DNA of 64,000 bases from Candidatus Bathyarchaeota archaeon (GCA_963815095.1 CAWFFH010000003.1:448001-512000), one strand, 5' to 3'; positions 10,580 to 20,389 are shown, numbered from the stretch's first letter. Notes: generated from the letters alone by a model not told the origin. Numbers and translations: made by a program.

Positions 10580-13273
10580 CTATGCACGCTTCCTAACCAT
10601 CAAGATTAGGATTGCACCGATTACGACTATTGCGACAATTATTGCTCCTGACAGAGGCACGAAGTACTGTTCAGTCATCGTTATGGGCACGGTTGGAGCT
10701 GGAGTAGAGGTTGCTGGAGCGTCTAAAACGTTAAAGACCGTCTCTTGGTAGGATGGCCAATATCCGTTAGTGCCTCCGAAAGCTGCGATCACTTGATATG
10801 TACCGGGTATATCTGGTTTCCAGACTAAGTTGAAGTTGCCTTTTGAATCGGTTGTTGCAGTGCCTATGTTTCTGTAGTTACCGTTTGCATCGACCACACT
10901 GATTCCGACATCAACACCTTTGAAGTTGCTTGGCAATGGTTGTTGTTGGTAAACGTAGCTCATCCAGTCGTTCATGCTTGCATCAGATGATAAGGGTATG
11001 CCGTTGGGGAATCTTGCTGCTTGTTCAGTCTTTATTGCGCCTGCGGAGATATCTGTTACTGCACCTTCGATAACTACGTTACCGCCCATTGTTGAGCATT
11101 TGGGTCCTGCTTGCACTGTTAAAGTACTAGGTCCTCTGCCTAGGGTGTAAATTTGGTGGTCGTAGCTGTTAAAGAAGTTGGTGTAACCATCTGCGATTGC
11201 GAGGCTTGGTCCACTGAATTCACCTGTTGCTGAGGGTATAGTCCAGATTTCTGTTCCATCTGTTGCGTTGATTGCGCGGTTTAATGCTCCTTTGTATATG
11301 GGTGTTTCGAATGTGTGTTCTGACGTTATAGTGTATACTACTCCGTTACCTATGGCGTTGATGAAAGTTGGATACGGTCCTGGAACTTGGAAGCCGCTGT
11401 TTGTGTTGTTGCCAAGGGTGTTTCCGTTTCCGTATGTCCACAGTACATTTCCGGTTGCCATGTCGTAGCAGTAGAGTACGCCTGAGTATGCAGCACTGTA
11501 GCATCGACCGTAGGCGATGACGTTAGATAGTGAGCCGGGTCCGTTGCTGCCGTAATAGTCTAGTGCCGGTTGAGGATCTGATATCTTGATAAGTGCACCG
11601 GTATGCAGGTTGAAGAATACGAATTGCTGAGTCTGTCTATAGGATTCACAGAAGTAACCTGAGGGGTCGAGCCCAGCGTATGAGACTGTGGTGATGTTGC
11701 CTGCTGGCCAGTTGACGTTGTTCCTCCATAGCACTTGACCTATTGGGCCTTTTGAAGCGTTGAGGTTAACAGCGAAGTAGGTGTAATAAGTGGGTGTAGA
11801 CGCGGCATAGCCTAGTGATGGGGTTGAGCCGTTTCTGCAGAGTAGAAGGTCACCATAAACTGCGCCTAGTACCGTTGGTGCAGGGCTCATTGTGTTTCGC
11901 CATGATATTGATTGGTTCTGAGTCGTTGGGTTTAGCCAGTCATACATCAAAGCTCTGCTTGCAGGAATATTGGTTACCGAAGTTGTTACCGGTGTGAGTA
12001 CGGTTGTTGCTATTCCGTTGACATATTGTATTGATGACACGTTTGTTGTTGTGGTTGTGGTAACAGTCTGGAGAGTAAGTGCCCCCATAACTGCTTGACT
12101 CCAAAATCTGCTTGAATTCCAAGAACTCAAGTAGTAGTCAGGGTTTGAGGTAGTGCCGTTGTTGTAGAGAACGTATCTTATCTGCTCACCGCTAGGTCCG
12201 ATTACGGTTGTTCCTGTGGGAACTTGGGTGACGTTGAATACACTGTTACCAGTATATGCATCAAAAACGTTTGCAAAGTTGCTTGTACAAAGGAATGCTG
12301 GTCGAGTTCCGTGGTAGTCGGGGGTATCCATGTCCTGTATGTAACCAAACGACATTGCTGGAAGGTCAGTTCGGCTCCAAATTGTTTCGCCTGTAACTAA
12401 GTCAACACATACTAATGGTCCGGCTGTGCCAGTAGCGGATAAAGGTTCTTTGTAGTAGATTCTTCCGTCAAGAATTATAGGGTTTACGTATCTTTGAGAG
12501 TAGGCGGTACCTTCAAACCATGTATCTCCGGGATCTGTTGAGAGCAGACCACCGACAACTCCTCCAATTTGACCCTCTGGCTTAGTCCACATAATGTGCG
12601 CCGTTTGAGAACCAACTGCGTCTGGTGCAAATTGTCGTTGATTTGGTCCGTTGGAGCCACCATATCCAGGCATTCCGGTTCCTAACCAGTTTGAACTAAT
12701 CGACCACCACATACTGTTTTCGCCGAAGATGGGTCGAGTCCAGAATTCGGTCGGAAGTGGAGATGCGGGTAGACCTACGATTTGTTCTTGTTGAACCGTT
12801 AGGGTTGTTGTTGCAGTGCTGGGTAAGAAGGTGTCATTGATGTATGCAGAGGTAGGTGAGTGTGAGTAGTCATTGACTTTTTGTCCGGGGAAGCTGAATG
12901 TCAGGTTATAGGTGCCAATTTGGTCTGGCGTGAAGTAGAAGATTTGGTTTGAGGTGGTGTCCACAACTGTTTCGACTATTTGTGTAGATTCGGTGCCGTC
13001 GGGGGCTGTGATGACAAGTTGGTAATTGTGGAATCTGTAGTCGTTTGATATTAGTTCATCAGGATAAGTTGGGGTGAGGAATGTGTATACTGGTTCTCGC
13101 TGTCCAACGCCAATTGGGTTGATTGTAGCATAAATGTGTGCAAATACTGGTATGTCAGTCCAAGGGGGTGTATGCGCTGTAGTACTCGGTAAAAGTAACG
13201 TAGAAGCTCCGATTGAAACAATTAGCAATATCGAAATCGATATTGCTATAGTTCTAGAATTATGTTTTAGCAT
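10580..13273 (-). CDS. large secreted membrane-anchored beta-propeller (PQQ-like) surface protein
   Basis: Signal peptide, Thr-rich, propeller repeats (CVDLVTGETIW, CYDMATGNVLW, AINATDGTEIW), C-terminal Ig-like domain, TM and RKRA tail. Confidence 0.8.
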   Translation of the reverse strand: MLKHNSRTIAISISILLIVSIGASTLLLPSTTAHTPPWTDIPVFAHIYATINPIGVGQREPVYTFLTPTYPDELISNDYRFHNYQLVITAPDGTESTQIVETVVDTTSNQIFYFTPDQIGTYNLTFSFPGQKVNDYSHSPTSAYINDTFLPSTATTTLTVQQEQIVGLPASPLPTEFWTRPIFGENSMWWSISSNWLGTGMPGYGGSNGPNQRQFAPDAVGSQTAHIMWTKPEGQIGGVVGGLLSTDPGDTWFEGTAYSQRYVNPIILDGRIYYKEPLSATGTAGPLVCVDLVTGETIWSRTDLPAMSFGYIQDMDTPDYHGTRPAFLCTSNFANVFDAYTGNSVFNVTQVPTGTTVIGPSGEQIRYVLYNNGTTSNPDYYLSSWNSSRFWSQAVMGALTLQTVTTTTTTNVSSIQYVNGIATTVLTPVTTSVTNIPASRALMYDWLNPTTQNQSISWRNTMSPAPTVLGAVYGDLLLCRNGSTPSLGYAASTPTYYTYFAVNLNASKGPIGQVLWRNNVNWPAGNITTVSYAGLDPSGYFCESYRQTQQFVFFNLHTGALIKISDPQPALDYYGSNGPGSLSNVIAYGRCYSAAYSGVLYCYDMATGNVLWTYGNGNTLGNNTNSGFQVPGPYPTFINAIGNGVVYTITSEHTFETPIYKGALNRAINATDGTEIWTIPSATGEFSGPSLAIADGYTNFFNSYDHQIYTLGRGPSTLTVQAGPKCSTMGGNVVIEGAVTDISAGAIKTEQAARFPNGIPLSSDASMNDWMSYVYQQQPLPSNFKGVDVGISVVDANGNYRNIGTATTDSKGNFNLVWKPDIPGTYQVIAAFGGTNGYWPSYQETVFNVLDAPATSTPAPTVPITMTEQYFVPLSGAIIVAIVVIGAILILMVRKRA

Positions 13274-13532
13274 TTTTCTTTCTCCTTAAGTTACTGTCTA
13301 TCTCAGATTAGACCTTATAAGAAGGATTGGAAAGTGGCCACTGACTACAGAAACAGCGAAAAAATAAATTAATGTCCTTCTTTACAGGATTTTTGGGAAA
13401 TTTTCTAATCCGTTTGTACCCAAATAATTAAGGAGTAGCAGCTATAAAATGACGGATATTTTTTTGTGCTATTACGGAAACTTTATTACATTATCGAGCG
13501 GTTTTTAAAACAACATCAAGAGGAAACTTTAG

Positions 13533-14816
13533 ATGACAAAAACCTCTGAAGCTTACGGTACTCGAGAAAACTGGCCACCCTACACCTACAGGGATTACCC
13601 AGGCATACAACCTGAAGCATACGAATCTTTCATGAAATTCCTGGACACCGAAAACACTTCAGGCCGCTTAATGGAATTGCAACCGTGGGTTTCGGTTTGC
13701 GATAGCAGATGCGCATTTTGCTATTTCCCGACCACTGCATCGAGCAAAGTTCAGATTGGACCCTACCTTGATTTACTTAAAAAAGAACTCGGCATGTACG
13801 CTAAAACCAAGTACGTGAAGACAAGTGTGTTTGATGAGATAGTTCTGGGTGGTGGAACCCCTAGCGTTTTAAGTGCAGAGCAGATTATTGATTTAATCGA
13901 TTTCTGCAAAGCGAACTTTAACACTAGCAAAGAATACTTCATCAAAGTCACGGGTTCTTCAAAGACATTGGCGCTTCCAAAAATTGATAAACTGGCGGAA
14001 TATGGTGTTTACCAAATGGACATGGGTGCACAAACTTTTGATGATAAACTACGCAAAGCACTATGCCTGCCTGATAGCGCTGCCGATGTCGAGAGAGCTA
14101 TAAAGCATGCAAGAAAACTTGGGTTAGTAGTCTGCGTTGACCTCATGTACAACTTGCCAGGGCAAACCATGGAAAGTTGGGTAGACACACTTAAGAAAAC
14201 AATCGAGTTGGACGCAGAAGTTGACGCTTACTCTTTACATGTGGACCCTGGAACAATCCTTGAAAAAATGATTAAGAGCGATCAATCTCCACCGCAAGGC
14301 GACGCGGAATACGAGAAACAAATGTTCCTTACCGGCCACAAAATGCTCACAGAAGCAGGCTACAAAGCAGTTGGACACGACCGCTACAGTCGAGTTGAGT
14401 GGCACATGCGTGAAAACTGTCTCAACGGTTGGCCTTGGGGAGGCATACTTACCACAGGAGCAGGATGCTTTATGGGTTACCTCCAAAAGTTCTCCTACTC
14501 CAACATTGAAAACATCAACAATTACATGGAGACCGTAAAATCTGGAAAACTACCCATCAGTCGACTCTCAGAATCAACAAACGAAGACATGATGCGACGA
14601 ACAATGACACGACTATACTTGCGACTGCCTGTCAATAAAAAAGAGTTCATGGAAAAATTCTGCACTACCCCAGAAAAAGTGTTCCCAAATCAACTGCAAA
14701 AACTAAAAGAAAAAGGCTTAATTGAAATTGACGAAAAAGAAGTCCGCCTCACCAAGCTCGGCGAAGTGTGGAAAGGTAACATTGCGTGGGAATTTGCACC
14801 TAACCATGCAAAATAA
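13533..14816 (+). CDS. HemN-like (class C) radical SAM enzyme
   Basis: CDSRCAFC, LGGGTPS, MGAQTF, DLMYNLPGQT, HemN-type C-terminal 'RLTKLG'. Confidence 0.85.
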   Translation: MTKTSEAYGTRENWPPYTYRDYPGIQPEAYESFMKFLDTENTSGRLMELQPWVSVCDSRCAFCYFPTTASSKVQIGPYLDLLKKELGMYAKTKYVKTSVFDEIVLGGGTPSVLSAEQIIDLIDFCKANFNTSKEYFIKVTGSSKTLALPKIDKLAEYGVYQMDMGAQTFDDKLRKALCLPDSAADVERAIKHARKLGLVVCVDLMYNLPGQTMESWVDTLKKTIELDAEVDAYSLHVDPGTILEKMIKSDQSPPQGDAEYEKQMFLTGHKMLTEAGYKAVGHDRYSRVEWHMRENCLNGWPWGGILTTGAGCFMGYLQKFSYSNIENINNYMETVKSGKLPISRLSESTNEDMMRRTMTRLYLRLPVNKKEFMEKFCTTPEKVFPNQLQKLKEKGLIEIDEKEVRLTKLGEVWKGNIAWEFAPNHAK

Positions 14817-14920
14817 TTCCTTATTTTAAATATCTTCTCTTTTAGTTTGCAAAGATAAATCTGCTTAGAATATACTTTTTTGACTTAAAAAACAAAAAAG
14901 AAAGAGAAGATGGGAATTTT

Positions 14921-15577
14921 TTAGTGCCTCTGTGGCTGAAGACCATACCAGGTCATTACTTTGGCCAATATAGGCACAATTACACCTAAGGCAATACCCG
15001 GCACGAACGCAATGATGAAGGCATTTACAGGGTCTGCTGCCCAGCTTCCTACCGCCATATCGCGTGATGGTTTTAGTGAGATGGTATAGTTCATGTATGC
15101 TTGGATGATTGCAACTATTATTGAAGCGGTTAAGCCTGCGCCTAGCATGCGTTTGAAGTTTGTTGAACCGTTGGTTAGTGATCCAGCGATGTAACCGATT
15201 ATGATAGCGTTGACCATAAAGAAGAGTATGCTTATGTCACCGTAAAAGTTGTATGCTGGAGATGAACCCGCGTAGTATCCAGTGTAGAGTCCTGCTGTAG
15301 CAACGTAGTACATGCCGCCCATAATGAAGCCTGCTGCGCCACCTGCCCATTTATTCCAAAGTAAGCCAAGCACTAATGGAATGCCGAGTACAATCATTTG
15401 AGCAAAGCCTTGTGTTAGAATGACACCGATAGTACCAGCTAAGCCAGACACGCCAAGTACGGCGTGAGATCCGCTTGGGTTTACATAGATTGCGAGAACG
15501 TAGATAAGGAGCACTAGAATCAGTGGTATGACTATGCCGAAGAGTATGTCTGCAAGTTTAAATTTTGGTGTTTCCAA
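14921..15577 (-). CDS. polytopic membrane protein, possibly ECF transporter S-component-like
   Basis: 218 aa, about 6 TM helices, 'GLLWNKWAGGAAGF' small-residue motif. Confidence 0.6.
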   Translation of the reverse strand: METPKFKLADILFGIVIPLILVLLIYVLAIYVNPSGSHAVLGVSGLAGTIGVILTQGFAQMIVLGIPLVLGLLWNKWAGGAAGFIMGGMYYVATAGLYTGYYAGSSPAYNFYGDISILFFMVNAIIIGYIAGSLTNGSTNFKRMLGAGLTASIIVAIIQAYMNYTISLKPSRDMAVGSWAADPVNAFIIAFVPGIALGVIVPILAKVMTWYGLQPQRH

Positions 15578-15820
15578 TTTTTATCCCTTTTAATTATTTT
15601 ACATTGCGGCGTGAATATAAGCTTAATGCTTGCAAGAGTGGCATAAAATTGTTTTAGCCACTTTAAACTAACATTACAAGTACTTGGATAAGAAAAAACA
15701 CACAAATCAAGCTCAGCTAAGCCAACAGTTGCCTCTTTCAGAATAATTACTTTTAAAAAATGACTGATTTCAAAGATTAATTTACTTCTAAAAAATGAAA
15801 AAATAAAAAAACAAAGGCAC

Positions 15821-15856
15821 ATGGATAAACCATGTGTTAATCGGGTTTATTTTTTA
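15821..15856 (-). terminator. hairpin plus T-tract after rnfC
   Basis: ATAAACC...GGTTTAT inverted repeat followed by T-runs on the minus strand. Confidence 0.35.
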
Positions 15857-15866
15857 GGCTTTTAGA

Positions 15867-17165
15867 TTAATGGCGTGATGCACATATGATGCCTGATAGT
15901 GGCAGTCTTGAGGGACAGACATAGGAGCATGTTCCACATGCTATGCAGTCTTTAACCCATAGTTTCTCAGCTTTCTCAAAGTCGCCTTTCATTATTGCGT
16001 TGTATAGCATTACGGGGTGCAGTCGTACTGGACATGATGCAATGCAGTTTGAACAGTGGATGCATGCAGTTTGCTTTGGTTCTTTCTTGTGCTTGCTTTT
16101 TGCGAATACGATGATGCTTGAAGTGCGTTTAGTTATTGGAGCATCGGTTGTTGGGATAGAGTTACCCATCATTACTCCGCCGACTACTACTTGTTTGAGG
16201 TCGTTTTTGTCCACATTGTTTGCGCCGATGATATCGCTTATTGGAGTGCCTATTTTGACAAGCAAGTTTTTGGGTTCTTTGACATCGCCATTAATAGTTG
16301 TGACTCTGGAGATTAATGGTTCACCTTCGAAAACTGCATTAGCGATTGCGTTTAAGGTTGCAACGTTTTGCACTATAGTTCCCATTTCGTATGAGCGTTT
16401 GCCTGGAGGTGTTTCATAACCTAAAATTGCTTTTTGAAGAACGCTCGCGTCTCCTTGCTGGTAAGTTAAGTGTTTCGCGACAACTTCTGTGTCTGGTTCT
16501 TTGCTGAAAGCTTCTTGGAGTTTAGGAATGGCTTCTACTTTGCTAACTTTGGTGGCAACGATGACTTTTGGGTTTCCCAAGAGTTTACGTACAACACGGA
16601 CACCTCGTACAAGGTTCGCAGTTTTCTCAATCATCAGTCTTTCGTCTGCGGTATCGTATGGTTCACCTTCGGCAGCGTTTACAATGAGGGTTTTAATGGG
16701 TTTGTCCTGGGGCACAGCAAGCTTTACGCTTGTTGGGAAGCCTGCACCGCCTAAGCCGATAATGCCTGCTTCACGGATGCGTTTAAGCAGCACGTCGTTG
16801 GGTGTTTTTGCGAGGTCAGCTTCTGCAATGGGTGTTAGGGTTTTGTCTTTGGTTTTTTTGTTGTCGTTTTCAATCCAGATGGCTTCAGAGCATTCTGAGT
16901 AGCAACTGTTGTATACGTCGGCGATTTTTGTGACTTTCCCAGAGATTGGGCTGTGGACAGGTGCGCTGATGCGTTCTTTTGAGTCTGCAATTTTCTGACC
17001 CATTGCTACGACGTCACCAACAGCAACAATGGGTTTGTTGTTTGCCCCGGGTTGCTGGTTGGTTAAGACTATGGCGATTTTTGGGTCAGGAAAGACTTCG
17101 ATGGGTGTTATTCTTGCTTTCTCTTTGTGTTCTTTTATATTTACAAGGTTTGCCATTTTGTTCAT
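15867..17165 (-). CDS. rnfC: Rnf electron transport complex subunit C
   Basis: SAPVHSPISG, GLGGAGFPT, NAAEGEPY, two CxxCxxCxxxCP 4Fe-4S motifs. Confidence 0.9.
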   Translation of the reverse strand: MNKMANLVNIKEHKEKARITPIEVFPDPKIAIVLTNQQPGANNKPIVAVGDVVAMGQKIADSKERISAPVHSPISGKVTKIADVYNSCYSECSEAIWIENDNKKTKDKTLTPIAEADLAKTPNDVLLKRIREAGIIGLGGAGFPTSVKLAVPQDKPIKTLIVNAAEGEPYDTADERLMIEKTANLVRGVRVVRKLLGNPKVIVATKVSKVEAIPKLQEAFSKEPDTEVVAKHLTYQQGDASVLQKAILGYETPPGKRSYEMGTIVQNVATLNAIANAVFEGEPLISRVTTINGDVKEPKNLLVKIGTPISDIIGANNVDKNDLKQVVVGGVMMGNSIPTTDAPITKRTSSIIVFAKSKHKKEPKQTACIHCSNCIASCPVRLHPVMLYNAIMKGDFEKAEKLWVKDCIACGTCSYVCPSRLPLSGIICASRH

Positions 17166-18328
17166 CTCCCAAAGGATTTGTGAATTCCCACACGGTCAAG
17201 AAGCGGTACCGTCAAGTTCATAATAAGCAATGCTAGCAGGGCGCCTCCGAAGAAGTTCATGTATGTCTGTATCAAGATTGTTAGTAAAGCTAAGCCGACG
17301 CCAAAGATGATTTGTCCCATGCCTGTGAATGGAGTTGTTGCAGGGTCGGTTGCCATGAAGAAGCCCAAAAAGATTGAGCTACCGATGAAAAGTTCAAAGA
17401 GCAACCTGACTGTTAGGTCTGTGTCTCCGAAAGCGGTGGCAAATATTAGAGACATGATAGCAATGGATACGAAGTAAGATAGAGTGATTCTCCATTTGAC
17501 GTATTTGCGAGCAACGACAAAGAATGCGATACCAACGATGATTACTGCTAAGGCTGAAGCGCCACCTGTCCAACCGTGGAACTTGTCAAGGATCATAAGC
17601 GAGTTTACGTCACCAAGACTAGCTCCTGGGTTAGAATAGCATCCTTGCAGGTAGGTTGTGAAAGAAGCTAAGCCATTAGTGCCTAAAGGTGTGGCTCCCC
17701 CACCAATTGGACCTGAAAGTAAAGGCACTCCTAAACCTCCCTCAGTGAATGCTGCAAAGTGATCTTTTGCCAAAAAGACGCTGCCTATGAAGGGTAGCAG
17801 AACTATGAATTTAGCGGCTGCTGCTGGATTGACGAGTTTTCTGCCTGCTAATCCTTGGAGTTTTTTGAAGACTACAAGACCAAGCAATGAGATAATTGCG
17901 ACGTACAAGAATGCGTTGGGAGCAGTTAATGTGTCGATTGGCATTACATCGGTTGCTTGAGCCATTGATGGAACACCAAGCGAGTATGAAAGTGTAACAA
18001 TTAAGCCAAAGACTGCTGCGGACCATGTGTTCATTTGTGAGTCAGAAGCTACTTTACTGATTAACGCATCTGCACCAACGGCTACACCGATAGCGATAAG
18101 CGCATTGATGATCACTATCATGCCCAACGGCATTTGCCAAACATTTGTCAGACCCATTGTAGATATCTGTGAGTCTGTTGGTGCACTGACTGACCACCAG
18201 AGGGCTGCTGAGATAACAGTGATTATCAAGAGAGAAATGAATGTGTATTGCATGAGGCGATTCTTTGACATTGTACCGGTTATGTGAGGTGCTGGTTTTA
18301 CAACTAGGTCTTTTGATGATTCACTCAT
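17162..18328 (-). CDS. rnfD: Rnf electron transport complex subunit D
   Basis: PAPHI start, NPAA, GATPL (FMN-Thr site), FFMATDPATTP, ALLIMNLTVPLLDR. Confidence 0.88.
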   Translation of the reverse strand: MSESSKDLVVKPAPHITGTMSKNRLMQYTFISLLIITVISAALWWSVSAPTDSQISTMGLTNVWQMPLGMIVIINALIAIGVAVGADALISKVASDSQMNTWSAAVFGLIVTLSYSLGVPSMAQATDVMPIDTLTAPNAFLYVAIISLLGLVVFKKLQGLAGRKLVNPAAAAKFIVLLPFIGSVFLAKDHFAAFTEGGLGVPLLSGPIGGGATPLGTNGLASFTTYLQGCYSNPGASLGDVNSLMILDKFHGWTGGASALAVIIVGIAFFVVARKYVKWRITLSYFVSIAIMSLIFATAFGDTDLTVRLLFELFIGSSIFLGFFMATDPATTPFTGMGQIIFGVGLALLTILIQTYMNFFGGALLALLIMNLTVPLLDRVGIHKSFGR

Positions 18329-18541
18329 TTTGTTAACCTTCTTTTAAATAAAGAGGTTAATCTTTGTCTGATATATTAAACTCTTTCGGAGTCGTACATT
18401 TTTTCATAATCTGAGCAAAAACTAAGAAATCTTGAAAAGTTCTAACCATATTTTCATTTTAAACACACACGTGCACCCAAACTTCCACATTAAGGTCTGA
18501 TCGAGGAAAGCGTAATTTGGATAAAGCTAATACCTAAGAAA

Positions 18542-19027
18542 ATGCAACCTATCTTTGCTGAGGACTCAACTGTGCCTAAAGAAAGCCACGAAGAACTTGA
18601 AGGATTAACCTTGGAGGTGTACTTGCATGCAGTAAAAAAGGGCAAACCAGTCGGTCCCCGAGACGTCATGAAAGGCGCCAACCTTAGCAGCCCGAGCGTG
18701 GCGTATAGGCACCTGCAGAAACTTGAAGACGAAGGATACCTGGTGAAAAACGAGTATGGAGAATACACAGTTAAGCGCAAAGCACACCTCAAAGGCTACG
18801 TTTGGCTTGGACGTCACTTAATACCGAAAATGTGGCTCTATGCTCTGATTTTTCTCTCTATTTTTGTTGTTGAACTCTTTATTTTAGTAATTCATTTTCC
18901 TGTGGAAACTGAGGAATTCAAAGTTTTCTTCTTGCTATTAATGGGAATTACTGCTTTAGCAATGGCAGTTTTCGCCATCGAAGGGTTCCAACAGAATAAA
19001 CAAAAAAACAAAACAGCAACTGAATAA
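18542..19027 (+). CDS. winged-helix DNA-binding protein with two C-terminal TM helices (membrane-bound regulator)
   Basis: 'VGPRDVMKGANLSSPSVAYRHLQKL' HTH followed by two hydrophobic helices. Confidence 0.75.
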   Translation: MQPIFAEDSTVPKESHEELEGLTLEVYLHAVKKGKPVGPRDVMKGANLSSPSVAYRHLQKLEDEGYLVKNEYGEYTVKRKAHLKGYVWLGRHLIPKMWLYALIFLSIFVVELFILVIHFPVETEEFKVFFLLLMGITALAMAVFAIEGFQQNKQKNKTATE

Positions 19028-19151
19028 ACATCTAAAGTTCAAAAACCGCTGCAAAAAGGTTGCTTACTGCGTTTTAGAGCAAAAAATGAAAAATCAATTT
19101 TTTAGAGGAAGTTTTATATCGCTTCACCGATTTTATCTTGACTTGATTTAA

Positions 19152-20258
19152 ATGAATCCAATCACAGCCCCATTGTTTATGGTTGTTTGGCGGTGTACCC
19201 GCAATTGTGTGGGCAGTTGCACCTATTGCAGTTTCATTAAAGAATACGCTAAAGACCAAGAGTTGAGCACTGAACAAGCCAAGCATATGGTTGATGAAAT
19301 GGCAGAGTTCGGTTCACAATGGTTAGGCATCAGCGGCGGCGAACCCCTGATTCGACCTGACATTTGGGAAGTTATCGAATACGCAGAGAAAAAGCACAAC
19401 ATGCAAGTCAGTTTGATTACAAGCGGTTATGCATGGGACGAAAAACGCTTTGATCTGCTCCGAAAATATAATGTACATACCGCAATCAGCATTGACGGTG
19501 ACAAAGAATCAAACGACAAAATCAGACGCAAAGGCGGCTATGATCAAGCAATAAACGCCATGGAAAAACTCAGCAGCGTTGGCCTACTCGACTGCTTAGT
19601 CACAACCATGACCAAATTTAACATTGACAAGATGGCACACCCCGCAATGCTCGCAGAGAAATACAAAGCCCGCATGCTAGTTTACCACAACCTCGTCCCC
19701 GTTGGCAGAGCCGGAGAACACATGGAAGACATCGCCCCAACCGCCGACCAATACGAAACAGCATTCAACGAAATCTACGACATCCAAAGAAGACTCTACG
19801 GCAAAGTCAAAGTCAACGTCTACGCACCATTCTACGCACGCATCGTACGCCAAAAAAACCCAGCAGACTTCTGGCAATGGTACAACGAAGGCTACCTGGG
19901 TAAATGCACCATCGGCGGCAACTATATCGGCATAACAGAAAACGGCGACTATCGAAGCTGCGGCTTCCACGAAGGCTACCGCATCGGCAACGTCAAAGAA
20001 ACAAAACTACGCACCGCATGGGAACAACTCCAAAAAAGCGAACTACACCTAAAACTACGCGACAAAAACAACCTCAAAGGCAGATGCGGCGTATGCGAAT
20101 ACCGAGAAATCTGCGGCGGATGCAGAACACGCGCAGAATTCTACACTGGAGATCTCTTTGAATCAGACCCAGCATGCAACTACATACCCAAAATCCTGCG
20201 GGAAGACCCCAAAGCACTCGAAGCACTACGCAAAAACCCAATGGGAAAAGTGCAATAA
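19152..20258 (+). CDS. radical SAM/SPASM-domain protein, paralog of 7881..8960
   Basis: CVGSCTYC, SGGEPL, YHNLVPVGRA, GRCGVCEYREICGGCRTRA...DPAC. Confidence 0.9.
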   Translation: MNPITAPLFMVVWRCTRNCVGSCTYCSFIKEYAKDQELSTEQAKHMVDEMAEFGSQWLGISGGEPLIRPDIWEVIEYAEKKHNMQVSLITSGYAWDEKRFDLLRKYNVHTAISIDGDKESNDKIRRKGGYDQAINAMEKLSSVGLLDCLVTTMTKFNIDKMAHPAMLAEKYKARMLVYHNLVPVGRAGEHMEDIAPTADQYETAFNEIYDIQRRLYGKVKVNVYAPFYARIVRQKNPADFWQWYNEGYLGKCTIGGNYIGITENGDYRSCGFHEGYRIGNVKETKLRTAWEQLQKSELHLKLRDKNNLKGRCGVCEYREICGGCRTRAEFYTGDLFESDPACNYIPKILREDPKALEALRKNPMGKVQ

Positions 20259-20389
20259 ATCAACCAATTTTTTACCCAACTCAGATCTCTTTTTAACTAG
20301 AGAGATTCTAATAAAACAAAAAAACCTCTTTAGGTTTTTTGACCAAAAAACCGCAATGCATACAACGGCAATCATGGCCCAGAACTTAT

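Noticed and set aside
5120-13273. PQQ biosynthesis/dehydrogenase cluster
   Set aside because: No pqqA/B/C/D genes; the propellers lack the dehydrogenase Cys-Cys motif
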